A DNA stretch of 64,000 bases from Candidatus Latescibacterota bacterium (GCA_965217865.1 CBDCJO010000002.1:1344001-1408000), one strand, 5' to 3'; numbered from the stretch's first letter, positions 31,489 through 42,231 are shown. Translations and numbers: made by a program. Notes: a model not told the origin generated them from the letters alone.

Positions 31489-31521
31489 AAAGGCTTATCC
31501 AGATTAAGGATAAGCCTTTTT
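31489..31521 (+). terminator. Terminator-like hairpin after tRNA-Val
   Basis: AAAGGCTTATCC-N8-GGATAAGCCTTTTT. Confidence 0.65.
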
Positions 31522-31652
31522 GAATTCTATTGGCGTGTAACAGGATAAGCCTTGAACCTAACGAGCGATTCCGGACGTAAAAAGGGACAATCAGTCAGTT
31601 ATCGTAAACCACGAGTTCAATAAGGAAGTGCAACACTTGGCTTTTAAAGACT

Positions 31653-32486
31653 TCAATCAGCTGGATCTGGTTGTCGTTTTCCTATAAAAACGAGTGGATA
31701 AGTGAAGAAGTCATTCCACGGCTTAATATCGCGAGTGTTCCGCGCCATACTGTGCTTTAACGTATCTCTTGCTGCATCGGCCCCTTGGAAGGCCATACTT
31801 TGCAAGCCAAAGACTCGAGGGAGATTTATGATATGATTAAAGAAATCGTTGCGCATCAGTTCACCGCCCTTGATTTGGACGTCAATGAATCCGGCATTCT
31901 TAGCTCGATAAAGGAGTTCTTTTCGCGTAAACGAATCTTCATCCACGGGGCTAACTGGTCTACGGAGAAGCTTCCTTGCGGTGCGTCCAAAATGGAATAG
32001 AAAACCATATTTGTTCGGAATCCATATGATCGTAAGCCCACCCGGTTTTAGTACTTTAGCATGACTATCAAATACACGCTGCCGATCATCCCCCCAAAAA
32101 TGCTCCGCGGTACCAAAGGACATAGACACATCGTATTGACCCCATAATTCCTCAGGCAATTCAAGAAGATTCCCTTCGGTAATAACAGAGTTAACCTCGA
32201 ACTGGTCATGGACATACTTTGCTGCAGTGATCTGTTTTTCGCTGTAATCGAGCAAAGAGGGTTCCGCTCCGAGAAGTGAGAATAGAATTGATACTTTTCC
32301 CAAACCACAGCCCAGTTCAATAGAACGCAAGTTCTCAAAGCTACCGAACTCCTTAATGACGGTGCGCTGGATAAGTGCCCAGCCTGGTGTATTCGCATAG
32401 CCAATGCAGCCTTGAAAAACATCAGATAAGTCTGGAAATGAATCATTTCCCCACTGAGCTGCTTGCTGTGCATTGTCCCTTTCCAT
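31653..32486 (-). CDS. Class I SAM-dependent methyltransferase
   Basis: ELGCGLG, LDYS, SFGTAEHF, VLKPGG; RBS AGGAGG before ATG 32486. Confidence 0.8.
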   Translation of the reverse strand: MERDNAQQAAQWGNDSFPDLSDVFQGCIGYANTPGWALIQRTVIKEFGSFENLRSIELGCGLGKVSILFSLLGAEPSLLDYSEKQITAAKYVHDQFEVNSVITEGNLLELPEELWGQYDVSMSFGTAEHFWGDDRQRVFDSHAKVLKPGGLTIIWIPNKYGFLFHFGRTARKLLRRPVSPVDEDSFTRKELLYRAKNAGFIDVQIKGGELMRNDFFNHIINLPRVFGLQSMAFQGADAARDTLKHSMARNTRDIKPWNDFFTYPLVFIGKRQPDPAD

Positions 32487-32602
32487 CGGGCCTCCTGTTT
32501 GCACGATGCGCTGTCGGTTCGAGAGCGAGCGAGAAAGTCGTGGGGAAGGTTACAGTTTGACTTTCGTAACAATCCAGGTGAATCGAATAAGATCTGTAAA
32601 AA

Positions 32603-33312
32603 TTACAGGACGTCCTTTGAAAAAAGGAGATCCGCGCATTTATCACTATTTCTCAAACCATCCAGAAAAGGCAAAAACTCTTTTCTACTATAGCCCTTTG
32701 CCGGTTCTCCGACGATCCGGACGGATTCAAAGTAATCGGCAAAAACCGAGAGATATTCCTCGTTGGTCACGTTCGAAATATTTTTCAGGTGGTGGGGGAC
32801 GTACTCTAATTGAAGATGTTTACAGGTTTTCAAAGCGTTTTGCATGCCTTGAAATCCATAATATTCGCTCCCCTCAATATCCATAATAATGACATCGAAT
32901 TCGTATTTCCCTCCGGTGTGTTCATCAAGAGAGATCATGTTTGTTTTAATGACCTTTGGATTATCGTAGCTGTAGGCATAACTATCGAATCTGGGTTTAA
33001 TCTTACTGCCTCCTGAATTGACAGTGTTGGCCCTTTTTGCGAGTGGAACTAAAAGGGTGCCTACATGGGCACCGATCAAACAAATATCAGACTCGCTTGT
33101 CACCAATTGATATAATTCACTCAGCGCGTGATCCTCATAATGCCCTTTAAACGCGAGAAGTCTTCCCACGACTCCAAGTCGTCTGCACCGACAACCAGAA
33201 GGCCGTTTTCCGTCGAGCACAGAACGCCTTTCGCGTGCTTGCCAATCACCTTTTTTCTTATGCCGGAGAGTGTCTTTAAGACGAAAAAGGTTATGTTCTG
33301 GAGAAGTTTCAT
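32603..33312 (-). pseudogene. FkbM family methyltransferase, frameshifted and internally deleted
   Basis: IGAHVG, ISLD and MDIEGSE motifs; the N-terminus is in another frame; the segment after motif I is missing. Confidence 0.7.
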
Positions 33313-33358
33313 GCCACCTCTTCTGTTTGGTGCTGTCATTGGGTTTTAATTTTTGATT

Positions 33359-33850
33359 TCAAGCCCGATAGAGGTATTTCTCCCCGAGATGTTCCACAAT
33401 CTTTTCTCGCGCCAGAGATACGTGATCGGGTGAAACGCTCCTCCAGGGAGATAACATTCGGCAGTATACCGGATCGAGAAAACCGGATGCCATTCCCATC
33501 AGGCGATCCATCCGCCCACTTTTATGACCCATGGACCTCATGGGATCCTTGATGTCTTTGTGGATTATCTCGAGTTTCCGTTCCCCATCGGCGATGCCTT
33601 CGGGATCGTTTTTTTCAAGGGAATCCCACAGAGCCCGGATCAGTTCAGGAAAGGCATAACTGATCCACGCAGCAAGGGAACGGGCCCCCTGATGCCACAA
33701 GCTGATAAGATTCGGCTCACCTGCAAGGATGTTGAAATCGGTTCGAACGGCCAAAAGATTTTTGACCAGTTCCGGAGAGGAGGATGTGAGTTTGGCACCG
33801 ACGATCGATGGCACCTTTTCGAGTATCCGCGGCCAGAGGTGATCCCCTAT
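33359..33850 (-). pseudogene. Dihydrodipicolinate synthase-like family C-terminal fragment truncated by an IS
   Basis: PSIVGAK..FNILAGE..GA pattern; the 5' part is replaced by the IS. Confidence 0.5.
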
Positions 33851-35377
33851 CAGCCCGTTGAAGAACTACCTTTCAACACACATAAACGGAAAAGACGCCT
33901 GGAGTGCGGGTCGGATAAATCAAGGTAAGGAGATTGAGCAGGAGACGCTGATAAGAGGTTAAAAAGGTGACCGAGGGCAGCAAAGCGTGATTGTAGGACG
34001 AGCAGTAGACGCTGCAAGGCCTTGGCCAGGTCCTGGAGGGCCTTCGGAGTACCTACGCCCATCACTTTGCGCATGAGCAGAGCCAGGTTGCAGCCCCCGA
34101 TGTGGATCAGCAAACGCTTGAGGATATTGCCGCGGTCTCTCAAGTGCAACCTGCGCATGCCACCGGTATCATATGTGTGAGCGATGGTTCTTTCCACCCG
34201 TTCTGCACGACTTCGGCGCAAGGCCTTGCCGCGATCTCCCTTGATCCGGCGTCGATTCGCATATACCGCGGCCTGCTCATCTCGTCGGCCGTTCCACTTG
34301 CGGCGTCCCCGATCCGGTTCTGAAATGTAACTCCGGATGCCGCCTTGCTTCAGACTGGTCAATACATCGTTGCTATGATATCCTTTGTCCGCAACCACCT
34401 CCCGTATACGCTGTCTGTGCAAACGTTTGGCAGCTTTTTCGTCCTTCGCGACCTGCTTGAGATTGAGCTGCGCCTCGAGCAGCGTCCAGGACAACGACTC
34501 GGTATCTCCTTCATCTGCTCCCGACAACGCCACTGCCACAATGGCATTGGTGTCCAGATCCACCGCGTGCTCCACCTTGTGCGCCATGTGCGTGCGACCG
34601 TCCTTCATCTTAGCGATCTTGGCATCCGGGTCGTGCGGGTGCTCCCAGTCCTGGTTCGATCCCTTCTTCGGTCGCTTCTTATCGATCTTGGACAAGTCCT
34701 CGCGGGTAGGCGTTTCAATGCCCGAGGCCTTGGCCAGATTCTCAAGGAATGCCTGGTAGCCTTCACCCGTGTCACGGCGTACAATGCTGCGCATCGCGGC
34801 GTTGGCCTCCAGTGTCGTAGCATCCACGCCCAACGTCTTCCCCTTCACCAGACCCGCTTTGCACAAGACCCTCAGGATCCACTTGAAAACCGCTTCGTGA
34901 ACTTCCAAGGGAAGCCGATGCCGGATGCGAGACAGGCTGGAATGATCCGGGGTCTGTTCGTCAAGGGCATACCCCAAAAACCGGCGCAACGTCAGCGAGT
35001 CAGATACACGCCATTCGATCCCACGTTCCGAATCAAGTCCCTCGAAATACCCAATCAAAAGCATCCGAAAATAAACCCCGGGCGGAATGCCCTTGCGACC
35101 CATATGAGGAGCGTAATACCGCTGGCAAAGCCCTTCGACGAACTCGTCGAACCCGTTCGCCTCCAATACCTGATTCAGCTTCTCGTAGAACGGATGACCC
35201 GGAGATTTCACCAAAGTGTTCGATGCGATGAACAGGTTTTCCTGTCTCTGTCGTCCTCGTTTTCCCATTGCCATTTGCTCGTCCTCCCTTCTCAGTTTGA
35301 ACCTGATATATCATAGGACCAAACCACAAGGAAAGACAACAGTCATCTTGGCATAAACGCACTTTTTCAACAGGCTG
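33851..35377 (-). mobile_element. IS1182/IS5-like element, copy 2 (transposase 33850-35274)
   Basis: 1527 bp, near-identical to copy 1, inverted; flanks CTAT and CTAG do not match. Confidence 0.92.
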
Positions 35378-35452
35378 CTAGGCGCCCAGCTACGAAAGAT
35401 GTACGAGACTCTCCTGGCCAACCCGTGATTGAGAGAAAGTGCGAAAGATGAA

Positions 35453-35545
35453 ATGTCCTTGGAGGCCCACTCGGCCAATCGCCTGATCCGTTCATCGGTC
35501 GAGAGAGAGTTCACGACCATCGGTGAGGCCCTCACCGCATTGCAG
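35453..35545 (+). pseudogene. HepT/DUF86 (HEPN toxin) fragment
   Basis: NRLIRSSVEREFTTIGEAL. Confidence 0.5.
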
Positions 35546-35607
35546 ATTCCCAGCAGGCGCTGTGCAACACCCAATAGCGTGCAGATCGATTAGCACCCCA
35601 CAATCTT

Positions 35608-37569
35608 ATGTCCAAGACCGTTTCAGAATCAGCTGGATGGAATCCTGAAAAGATGATGGAGATTAAGTCTGTGGACAGCGTGCAGCTTTCGCCTGACAAA
35701 CACCACGTGGTCTTCACGGTGACTGAAGCGGTAATGACCGGAGAGAAAAGTGAATACCTGACACACATCTGTATAGCTGATACAGACGGCTCAGACGTCT
35801 TTCAGTTCTTTCTTGGCGACAAATCGAAGAGCAATCCGCAGTGGTCACCCAATGGAAAGTGGATTGCCTTCACGTCGAGCAATTCGGGAAAGAACAACAT
35901 CTATCTTACATCACAAGAAGGTGGAGAAGCTCAGCAGCTGACGGACGTCCAGACGAGGGTGGATGATTTTAAGTGGTCGCCAGACGGGAATTGGATTGCG
36001 TTTGTCTTGCCTGAAGCTCCTGAAGGATCAGAGGAGAAGGCTAAGAATGAGAAAAATGACCCAAAGATTGTGGATGGAAACCATGGAAGAAATCGGCTGT
36101 GGGTGATCCCTGTCGAGTACCCTTCCAGTGGAAAACGTAAGGCCCGGCCGATCACAAATGGCGAATTCAATATCAGTAGGTGCTTTGGTCGTTCGAGCTT
36201 TGATTGGTCGCCTGATGGAAAAACGATCGTTTTCACACACACACCAACACCTTGTGAGGATGACTGGTCGCTGGCGGATATTTCAGTGGTGAATGTAGCT
36301 ACAGGAAGAATCCGACCTCCGGCTTCCAAAGATGCGGCTGAGCGCTCACCACTCTATTCGCCGGATGGGCGCTGGATCGCATATCAGGCTAGTGATTGTC
36401 CCCCAACCTGGTTCTCTACATTTGATCTGTTTCTCGTGCCTTCCGGAGGGGGACAATCGCGTCTGTTGACTGAGACTTCTGAGCGATGGCCAGAACTCAT
36501 CGGCTGGTCAGCGGACAGCAGGCACATCTACTTCACGGATACGCGTGGTACGATCACAGGGCTTTTTGCAGTGCCGATTGAAGGTGGACCTCCGCGACGA
36601 CTGGACCGCGGCGACCTCATGATATCCTCTGCGAGGCTGAATTCCTCAAGATCGATGGTTGGCTTTGTCGCTCAGACCACCACTCGTTCTCCAGAGGCTT
36701 ACGCTGCACGATTGGATCGCTTTGAGCCCTTTCAAGTGAGCTACACCAATACTCACGTACCCGATTATCCGTTTGGTCACACAGAGATGATTCGCTATGA
36801 GTCGTTCCAGAGTCTAGAGGTCGAAGGGCTACTCACTTATCCGTTTGGATACGAAAGTGGGAAGCGATATCCACTACTGCTCATCGTGCACGGAGGGCCG
36901 ATGGGCATGTTTACACAGACATGCATTGCTGATCTTAATTCAGATGAACCTTACCCAGTAGCTGCTTTTGCTGCACATGGCTATGTGGTGCTTAGGTGCA
37001 ATATTCGGGGTTCGTCCGGCTACGGCAAGAAATTCCTCCAGCTAAACTACAAAGATTGGGGTGGTGGAGACTACGAAGACCTGATGGCAGGTGTGGAGCA
37101 TATAATCCAAATGGGAGTGGCTGATGCCACACGCCTCGGGGTGATGGGCTGGAGCTACGGTGGTTACATGACAGCGTGGATCCTCACGCAAACTAAGCGA
37201 TTCAAGGCGGCCTCTGTTGGCTCAGGTGCGGTCGACCTCATAAGCTCCACGGGCACGACCAGTATCCCCACGTGCATTACCGATTACTTTGGCGCAGAGT
37301 TCTGGGACGAATTAGAGATCTACATCGCACGTTCACCCATATTCCACATTAAAGATGTTTCGACACCGACACTCATCCAACACTTCGAGCAAGATGATGT
37401 CGTACCGATTTCGCAAGCCCATGAGCTCTATCGTGCACTTAAGCGGCAAAGTGTTCCGGCCCGAATGGTTGTCTACCCTCGCACTCCACACGGCCTGAAA
37501 GACCCAAAATTGTTGCTCGACTTTGCGAAACGGAACGTGGAATGGTTCGATCGATACTTGAAACGATGA
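35608..37569 (+). CDS. S9 family (acylaminoacyl/prolyl oligopeptidase-like) peptidase
   Basis: PD40-like WSPDG repeats, VHGGP, RGSSGYG, GWSYGG, D (QDDVVP) and H (TPHG) catalytic residues. Confidence 0.9.
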   Translation: MSKTVSESAGWNPEKMMEIKSVDSVQLSPDKHHVVFTVTEAVMTGEKSEYLTHICIADTDGSDVFQFFLGDKSKSNPQWSPNGKWIAFTSSNSGKNNIYLTSQEGGEAQQLTDVQTRVDDFKWSPDGNWIAFVLPEAPEGSEEKAKNEKNDPKIVDGNHGRNRLWVIPVEYPSSGKRKARPITNGEFNISRCFGRSSFDWSPDGKTIVFTHTPTPCEDDWSLADISVVNVATGRIRPPASKDAAERSPLYSPDGRWIAYQASDCPPTWFSTFDLFLVPSGGGQSRLLTETSERWPELIGWSADSRHIYFTDTRGTITGLFAVPIEGGPPRRLDRGDLMISSARLNSSRSMVGFVAQTTTRSPEAYAARLDRFEPFQVSYTNTHVPDYPFGHTEMIRYESFQSLEVEGLLTYPFGYESGKRYPLLLIVHGGPMGMFTQTCIADLNSDEPYPVAAFAAHGYVVLRCNIRGSSGYGKKFLQLNYKDWGGGDYEDLMAGVEHIIQMGVADATRLGVMGWSYGGYMTAWILTQTKRFKAASVGSGAVDLISSTGTTSIPTCITDYFGAEFWDELEIYIARSPIFHIKDVSTPTLIQHFEQDDVVPISQAHELYRALKRQSVPARMVVYPRTPHGLKDPKLLLDFAKRNVEWFDRYLKR

Positions 37570-37681
37570 GAGATGAAATCTAAACTCAGAAAAGCGTGAA
37601 AAATGATACAAAACAAAAATCAGCAATGGTGCGCGCTCTATGAATGCCCGCAAAGGGCTTCGCCGCGAACGGGCCGTCGGT

Positions 37682-37766
37682 GCGTAACACCAAAGCTGCG
37701 AACCCTCCCAACTCTGCCTGACCCCAAAGCGCCTGTCGGCGCCTTCGCAGCTTCAAACCGTTAGAA
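37682..37766 (+). other. attC-like site
   Basis: GCGTAAC...AAGCTGCGAA...TTCGCAGCTT...GTTAGAA, 85 bp; the next gene starts 42 bp downstream. Confidence 0.5.
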
Positions 37767-37807
37767 GAAAGGCAGCCAAACCTTATAAATCTGGTTCCGT
37801 CTGATAC

Positions 37808-38100
37808 ATGTCCGAATCGTATACACCTGGAAATAGTACGAACGCCACCGACTTCATGGCCAAACGAAGCCTCGATTCGCATGGCTCCTTCTTCATTTCT
37901 TGTTTGGAGCGCGGCGTATCTGTCCTGGATTGTGGGTGCGGACCTGGGTCCATAACCATTGGAATCGCGAAATGTGTTGCACCTGGGGAAGTAGTCGGCA
38001 TTGATTCAGCAGAGTCGCAAGTCGAAGAGGCTACTTGTCGTGCCAAAAGGGAAGAAATCGAAAACGTTCGTTTCAGAACTGCAGATTGCTACTCTCTCGT
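37808..38100 (+). pseudogene. Class I SAM methyltransferase N-terminal fragment
   Basis: VLDCGCGPGSIT..GID..NVRF; similarity is lost after about 38100. Confidence 0.7.
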
Positions 38101-38244
38101 GTTGTCAGACTGGTGGTCGGTGCTTGGTACGGGAGTGGGTCGGCGCAGCGAAGGGTTCCGTTGCAGGACGATGCCGGGATGGCCTGAGGAGCATTTCCGC
38201 TCATGCGTTCCCCTTTCCGGGTCCCCGGCTGTGGTTCTTCCTTG

Positions 38245-38420
38245 AATGCTTCCCTAAAGTCAGATAGGTTCTCCCTTTTCCCTTCGATCCTGTTGACTCC
38301 AGTTGGCAAAGCGTTGGTTTGTTCCCCGTTAAACAAGGCTACTTCGTTGCCCATCTCAGTTAGCCGTTTTACGATAAAGGATCGAATGAACTGCGTTCCA
38401 CCAATGATCAGGATTCGCAT
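38245..38420 (-). pseudogene. NAD-dependent epimerase N-terminal fragment
   Basis: MRILIIGGTQFI..V.LFN. Confidence 0.6.
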
Positions 38421-38434
38421 AAGGCATCCCCTAA

Positions 38435-38596
38435 CAGCCTGTTGAAAAAGTGCGTTTATGCCAAGATGACTGTTGTCTTTCCTTGTGGTTTGGTCCTATG
38501 ATATATCAAGTTCAAACTGAGAAGGGAGGACGAGCAAATGGCAATGGGAAAACGAGGACGACAGAGACAGGAAAACCTGTTCATCGCATCGAACAC
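38435..38596 (+). mobile_element. Left-end fragment of the IS1182/IS5-like element
   Basis: 162 bp nearly identical to 18205-18366, then an abrupt break. Confidence 0.88.
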
Positions 38597-38689
38597 CGAC
38601 CCGCTGTGTTTTTCCTTGCCCGGATCGATCCCAAGGACGAAATTCTGGGAGATGGCCTGTCGTTTAAGGTGGAAGATTTTCGACTTCAT
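38597..38689 (-). mobile_element. IS110 family recombinase N-terminal fragment
   Basis: MKSK..FVLGIDPGKEKH (GID-x2-K-x2-H); RBS GGAGGT. Confidence 0.55.
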
Positions 38690-38809
38690 CGTATACCTCC
38701 AGCGTTGAGGGTTGAGTTTGGTTGCTCTGCTCTTGCCGAATCTTAAGACACCTTGCCTTGCAAGGGAGGATTCAGCCCCTCAACGCTGTTTTTTCCTCCT
38801 TTACTCAAT

Positions 38810-39225
38810 ATAGAAATCGGAACCATGACTTGTTCCAGACTGGCATGAAGTGGTCGGGATCGCCCCCGACAATATCAAGCTGGACATCCTGCCCATGTTG
38901 GCCATCGTTAACCAGGGTTTTGATTCTCCCCTGCCCCTTGACGAAGTGCAGGGTATCGCGCGATCGGTGGAAAGAGCATGGACGCTTCTATTCGATAGAG
39001 GAACGCGAGGCATGGGGCCGTGGCCTGGCTCGGCTATCAACGCAAGCGCGGAGAAAGCGGAAAGCATCCAGGGACGGACAGATTGTTCATGGGGTAATGA
39101 GCGGGCGGTCGATGGTTGGCCTGGCCAGGGAGCATGGGATAGCTGTAAACACAGTCCGGCATGTGATGCTCAGGGACGCTCCATTGTGGAGCGATAAGCG
39201 TACACTTCCCACCCCGGTAGGTTGA
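38810..39225 (+). pseudogene. ColE2-type Rep / PriCT-1 plus HTH remnant
   Basis: RNHDLF..., FDSPLPLDEVQGIARSVER and GRSMVGLAREHGIAVNTVRH spread across frames. Confidence 0.55.
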
Positions 39226-39329
39226 ACGCACATCAAGCCTGAAGAAGGTCTCATAAATGGCTGATAACCTTCCGAAATGTTATCGACACTCCGCGAAAGG
39301 GTAGACCAATGAAAGAGGGAGGTGATAGC

Positions 39330-39479
39330 GTGTGGTGGGTGCTACTGGCTGCGACAGTGATAGTAGGAGCAGTATACCGGGTCTACCTGGCGGAGGTGAT
39401 AGGTATAAATTATGTGTGGGTGGTACTGGCTGCGATAGTAGGAGCAGTAGTATTACTGGCTAGGTGGGCTGCTAAATAA
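39330..39479 (+). CDS. 49-aa two-TM peptide made of a tandem duplication
   Basis: RBS GGAGGTG; VWWVLLAATVIVGAVY / VWVVLAAIVGAVV. Confidence 0.45.
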   Translation: MWWVLLAATVIVGAVYRVYLAEVIGINYVWVVLAAIVGAVVLLARWAAK

Positions 39480-39604
39480 ACCAACCATCCCCTCCTCGGG
39501 CTCCTCGATTGGGCTTGACCTGGTTAAGTCACCCTTGCCAGGTATCGGGGAACTCGAGTACTTTTTGCCCGGTCCGGGCAATTATGATCGGCAATAGGCT
39601 TGGT

Positions 39605-39907
39605 ATGAAATCCTTTCGTGTTCTGATTATGAGATTGTTTGTCTTCTGTTTCATGCTTATCCCGGCCGCGTTACTTGGAATCTACAGCCTCGACTGTCTT
39701 TTTGAGGCTACTGAAACCGGATGGCATGCCTCTAAACGAGATGTAATATACCTTGAACCACAACCACGCTTCAAAAAAGCTTCTACGCTTATACTGGGTA
39801 TTGGGTGTTTTGCAGCGGCCGTGCTTTATGTTTTTTATGAAAGGAAAGTTTTGTTAAAAATTTTAGAAGGTGAACTTGATCCCCCGGAGCGGAGAGCAGG
39901 GCGATAA
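39605..39907 (+). CDS. Hypothetical membrane protein
   Basis: Two hydrophobic segments. Confidence 0.4.
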   Translation: MKSFRVLIMRLFVFCFMLIPAALLGIYSLDCLFEATETGWHASKRDVIYLEPQPRFKKASTLILGIGCFAAAVLYVFYERKVLLKILEGELDPPERRAGR

Positions 39908-40046
39908 CCCCGTAGCCTTGAGAAGGGGACCGGTGATCCTTCCAACGAGTTTAGATTTTAGGAAACGGCGTGAACCCTCTTCCTAACAATACCAGTTTAT
40001 GTCGTCGTGAAGATTCAACTTACGCGTCAGAGGCAAGATAACGGAT

Positions 40047-40529
40047 CTAGCTTCGTCTACTGCATTTTCGGCTTCGGATCGTGTTGGGCTTGTCGCTCTG
40101 TTCCCTCAGTGAGTCGAGCGCTTTCAAGTCACACATAGACGCAACCCGCACTGGTATGCCGAGAACAAACCCTTCTCTTGAGCGGGAGAAGGCTTTGCGG
40201 AAATTAAAGCGCTTAGCAGATGGAGCAAAGATCTCCGCGTTCCCCTCGTGGAATAAACGCATATACTTGCCCCCCTCAACCAGTTCGCGCTCTTTCTCGT
40301 CGGTCAGCTTTGCCAGATCGGCAGCATTCTCCAAAGCCCGCAGAGCAGACAGCATTTTTCCTGCGTTCTCTGGCGTGGGATTAATCATCAGGTCTATATC
40401 GTTCACACGCGGCTGACGACAATAATGCGACTTGGCCATGCTTCCGATGAGCAAGTACTGCACGCCTTGGTTGTTAAAGGCTCTCAGCAGGTCGGCACAG
40501 TTGTCGGTCCAAAGCTCCGGAAACTGCAT
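40047..40529 (-). CDS. Nucleotidyltransferase-like protein
   Basis: YLLIGSMA..H...NDIDL (G-S, DxD) and PVRVAS...L. Confidence 0.6.
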   Translation of the reverse strand: MQFPELWTDNCADLLRAFNNQGVQYLLIGSMAKSHYCRQPRVNDIDLMINPTPENAGKMLSALRALENAADLAKLTDEKERELVEGGKYMRLFHEGNAEIFAPSAKRFNFRKAFSRSREGFVLGIPVRVASMCDLKALDSLREQSDKPNTIRSRKCSRRS

Positions 40530-40572
40530 AGAAGGCCTATTCGACCAGCCGCAGCGGCGGGACTTGCGGCTT

Positions 40573-40632
40573 TGATATGCCCCGGGGAAAGTGGACAGTG
40601 GTTTAAGCCGCTTTCTGCAGCGATAGCCGTTA
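40573..40632 (-). mobile_element. Isolated IS3-family right end
   Basis: Reverse-complement match to the ends at 41890-41945 and 46917-46968. Confidence 0.7.
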
Positions 40633-40659
40633 CGGAGACTTTAAGGGATGGACCGGCAA

Positions 40660-41022
40660 GGGGAAAGGGCTACCGGTGGAAGGGGTTCTTCTCTGCATGG
40701 GAAAGCTACCTGGAGGGCGGCCCGGGCGATGTTCCCAGGCCGAACGCGCGCATGTCCCCCCCTTCAAGCCGTGAGACCGTGACATATGTTGAAAAACAAG
40801 GAGTTGTGCGGCGTTCCAACCCGTGACATGGATGGTACGGTGTCACGGGTTGAAACACCCCCCAAGAGCGACTCCTGCGTAAAGAACACTTGTGACGAAG
40901 ACCAAGAGGCGTTCGAGGAATACGCGGCGATCATGCAATATGATGGCGGAATGACTCGTGAGGAAGCCGAAGCTCGGGCATGCGAGGATGTTCGACCACG
41001 ACCTAAAGGAGATCGAAAATGA
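40660..41022 (+). pseudogene. DUF3631-like replication gene tail with iteron-like repeats (satellite/phage relic 1)
   Basis: KGYRWKGFFSAWESYL, CAACCCGTGACA/TGTCACGGGTTG repeats, FEEYAAIMQYDGGMTREEAE. Confidence 0.5.
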
Positions 41023-41483
41023 GGCGTTCGAAGGAAGCCGAAACTCAAGCTCGTGAGGCGAAGATGCTTGATGATCTCCTGAAGGACCTCCTCATCCTGC
41101 CGGAACTCCCTGAACTCCCCCCATTCGTGTGACTGTCGCACTCCACTGTTGCAACTCCACTGTCCCGCTCCACTATCCCATATACCCCCCCACGGTCGCT
41201 TTTCTGAAGGTTCCGCATCAATTTTTGCCCGGATTCCTGAATAAAGTCGCACACGGAGAGAATCCAATGCCCTGTGGGCGATTCCGGGGCAAGGGGGCCA
41301 TCTCGTTTAAGGATCCCAGCCCATGAGGGGTCGCGGCTCCGCCGGCGGAAACCACATGGGGCCTCCTTCCAAGAAAAAGTGGAGGCAAAAACGTTGCGCG
41401 GGGCTATCCGGTCGGCGGATTCGGAAACTCCGGCCCTGGACGAGGGGTCGATTCGCCGGTTGAAGGATGAGCTTTGCCGCCGC

Positions 41484-41945
41484 GTTGTATTCATTGACCT
41501 GTTTTCACGTCGCGTGGTTGGCTGGTGCGTCAGCACCTCGCTGGCGCACGAAACGGTACTCACGGCCCTGTCACGCGCAGTATGGCAACGCAGACCGCAG
41601 CCGAATCTGATGATTCATTCCGATCGAGGTATTCAGTATTGCTGCGATGGCTTCCGAAAGGCCGTCGACGCGCATCAGTTTGTTCAAAGCATGAGCAAGA
41701 AGGCCGATTGCTGGGACAATGCCGTCTCCGAGTCATTCTTCAAAACCTTGAAGACCGAATGGCTGTATCACGTCGACTTGATCAACCTCGATCATGCAGA
41801 GCGCGAACTCTTCGAGTACATCGAAATGTTTTACAACAATCAGCGGCTGCACGCTTACCTGGACTATGTGTCCCCGGCCCTTTTTGAACGCCTATCGCTG
41901 AAGAAAGCGGCTTAAACCACTGTCCACTTTTCCCGGGTCATAGCA
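41484..41945 (+). mobile_element. IS3 family 3' fragment (rve core plus right end)
   Basis: IDLFSRRVVGW, HSDRG, CWDNAVSESFFKTLK, YNNQRLH. Confidence 0.88.
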
Positions 41946-41967
41946 ATCGAAAGACAACAACTAGGAG

Positions 41968-42231
41968 CTATAGCCAGTTGCTAACGAGTTGAAGAAAAAA
42001 GCCCAAAACAAGAAGGAAGAGCCCCCAATTAGATCTTCTCTTGTAGCGCTTCCACTTCCTCTGCTCTTGCTCACTGTCAGGGTTCCCCCACTCTAGGACT
42101 TTCCCGCCACTCTTACTAGCCTCCGCCGGCAACCCATAGCAAAACAGAAGGATAACGCCGCCGATATCAAAAGCCAGACCTGCGGAATTGATGACGTCAG
42201 GCAACAAGCACACGATGACCTCGATCATTGG
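41968..42231 (-). CDS. Hypothetical membrane protein
   Basis: INSAGLAFDIGGVILL..GLFLLVLGFFLQL; start uncertain. Confidence 0.45.
   Translation of the reverse strand, partial: PMIEVIVCLLPDVINSAGLAFDIGGVILLFCYGLPAEASKSGGKVLEWGNPDSEQEQRKWKRYKRRSNWGLFLLVLGFFLQLVSNWL

Noticed and set aside
31555-31580. CCTAACGAGCGATTCC as an attC start
   Set aside because: No upstream cassette gene and no matching right arm
41274-41483. N-terminal part of the 213-aa IS3 ORF
   Set aside because: Similarity to the second IS3 copy starts only at ~41484; the upstream part is an accidental in-frame fusion
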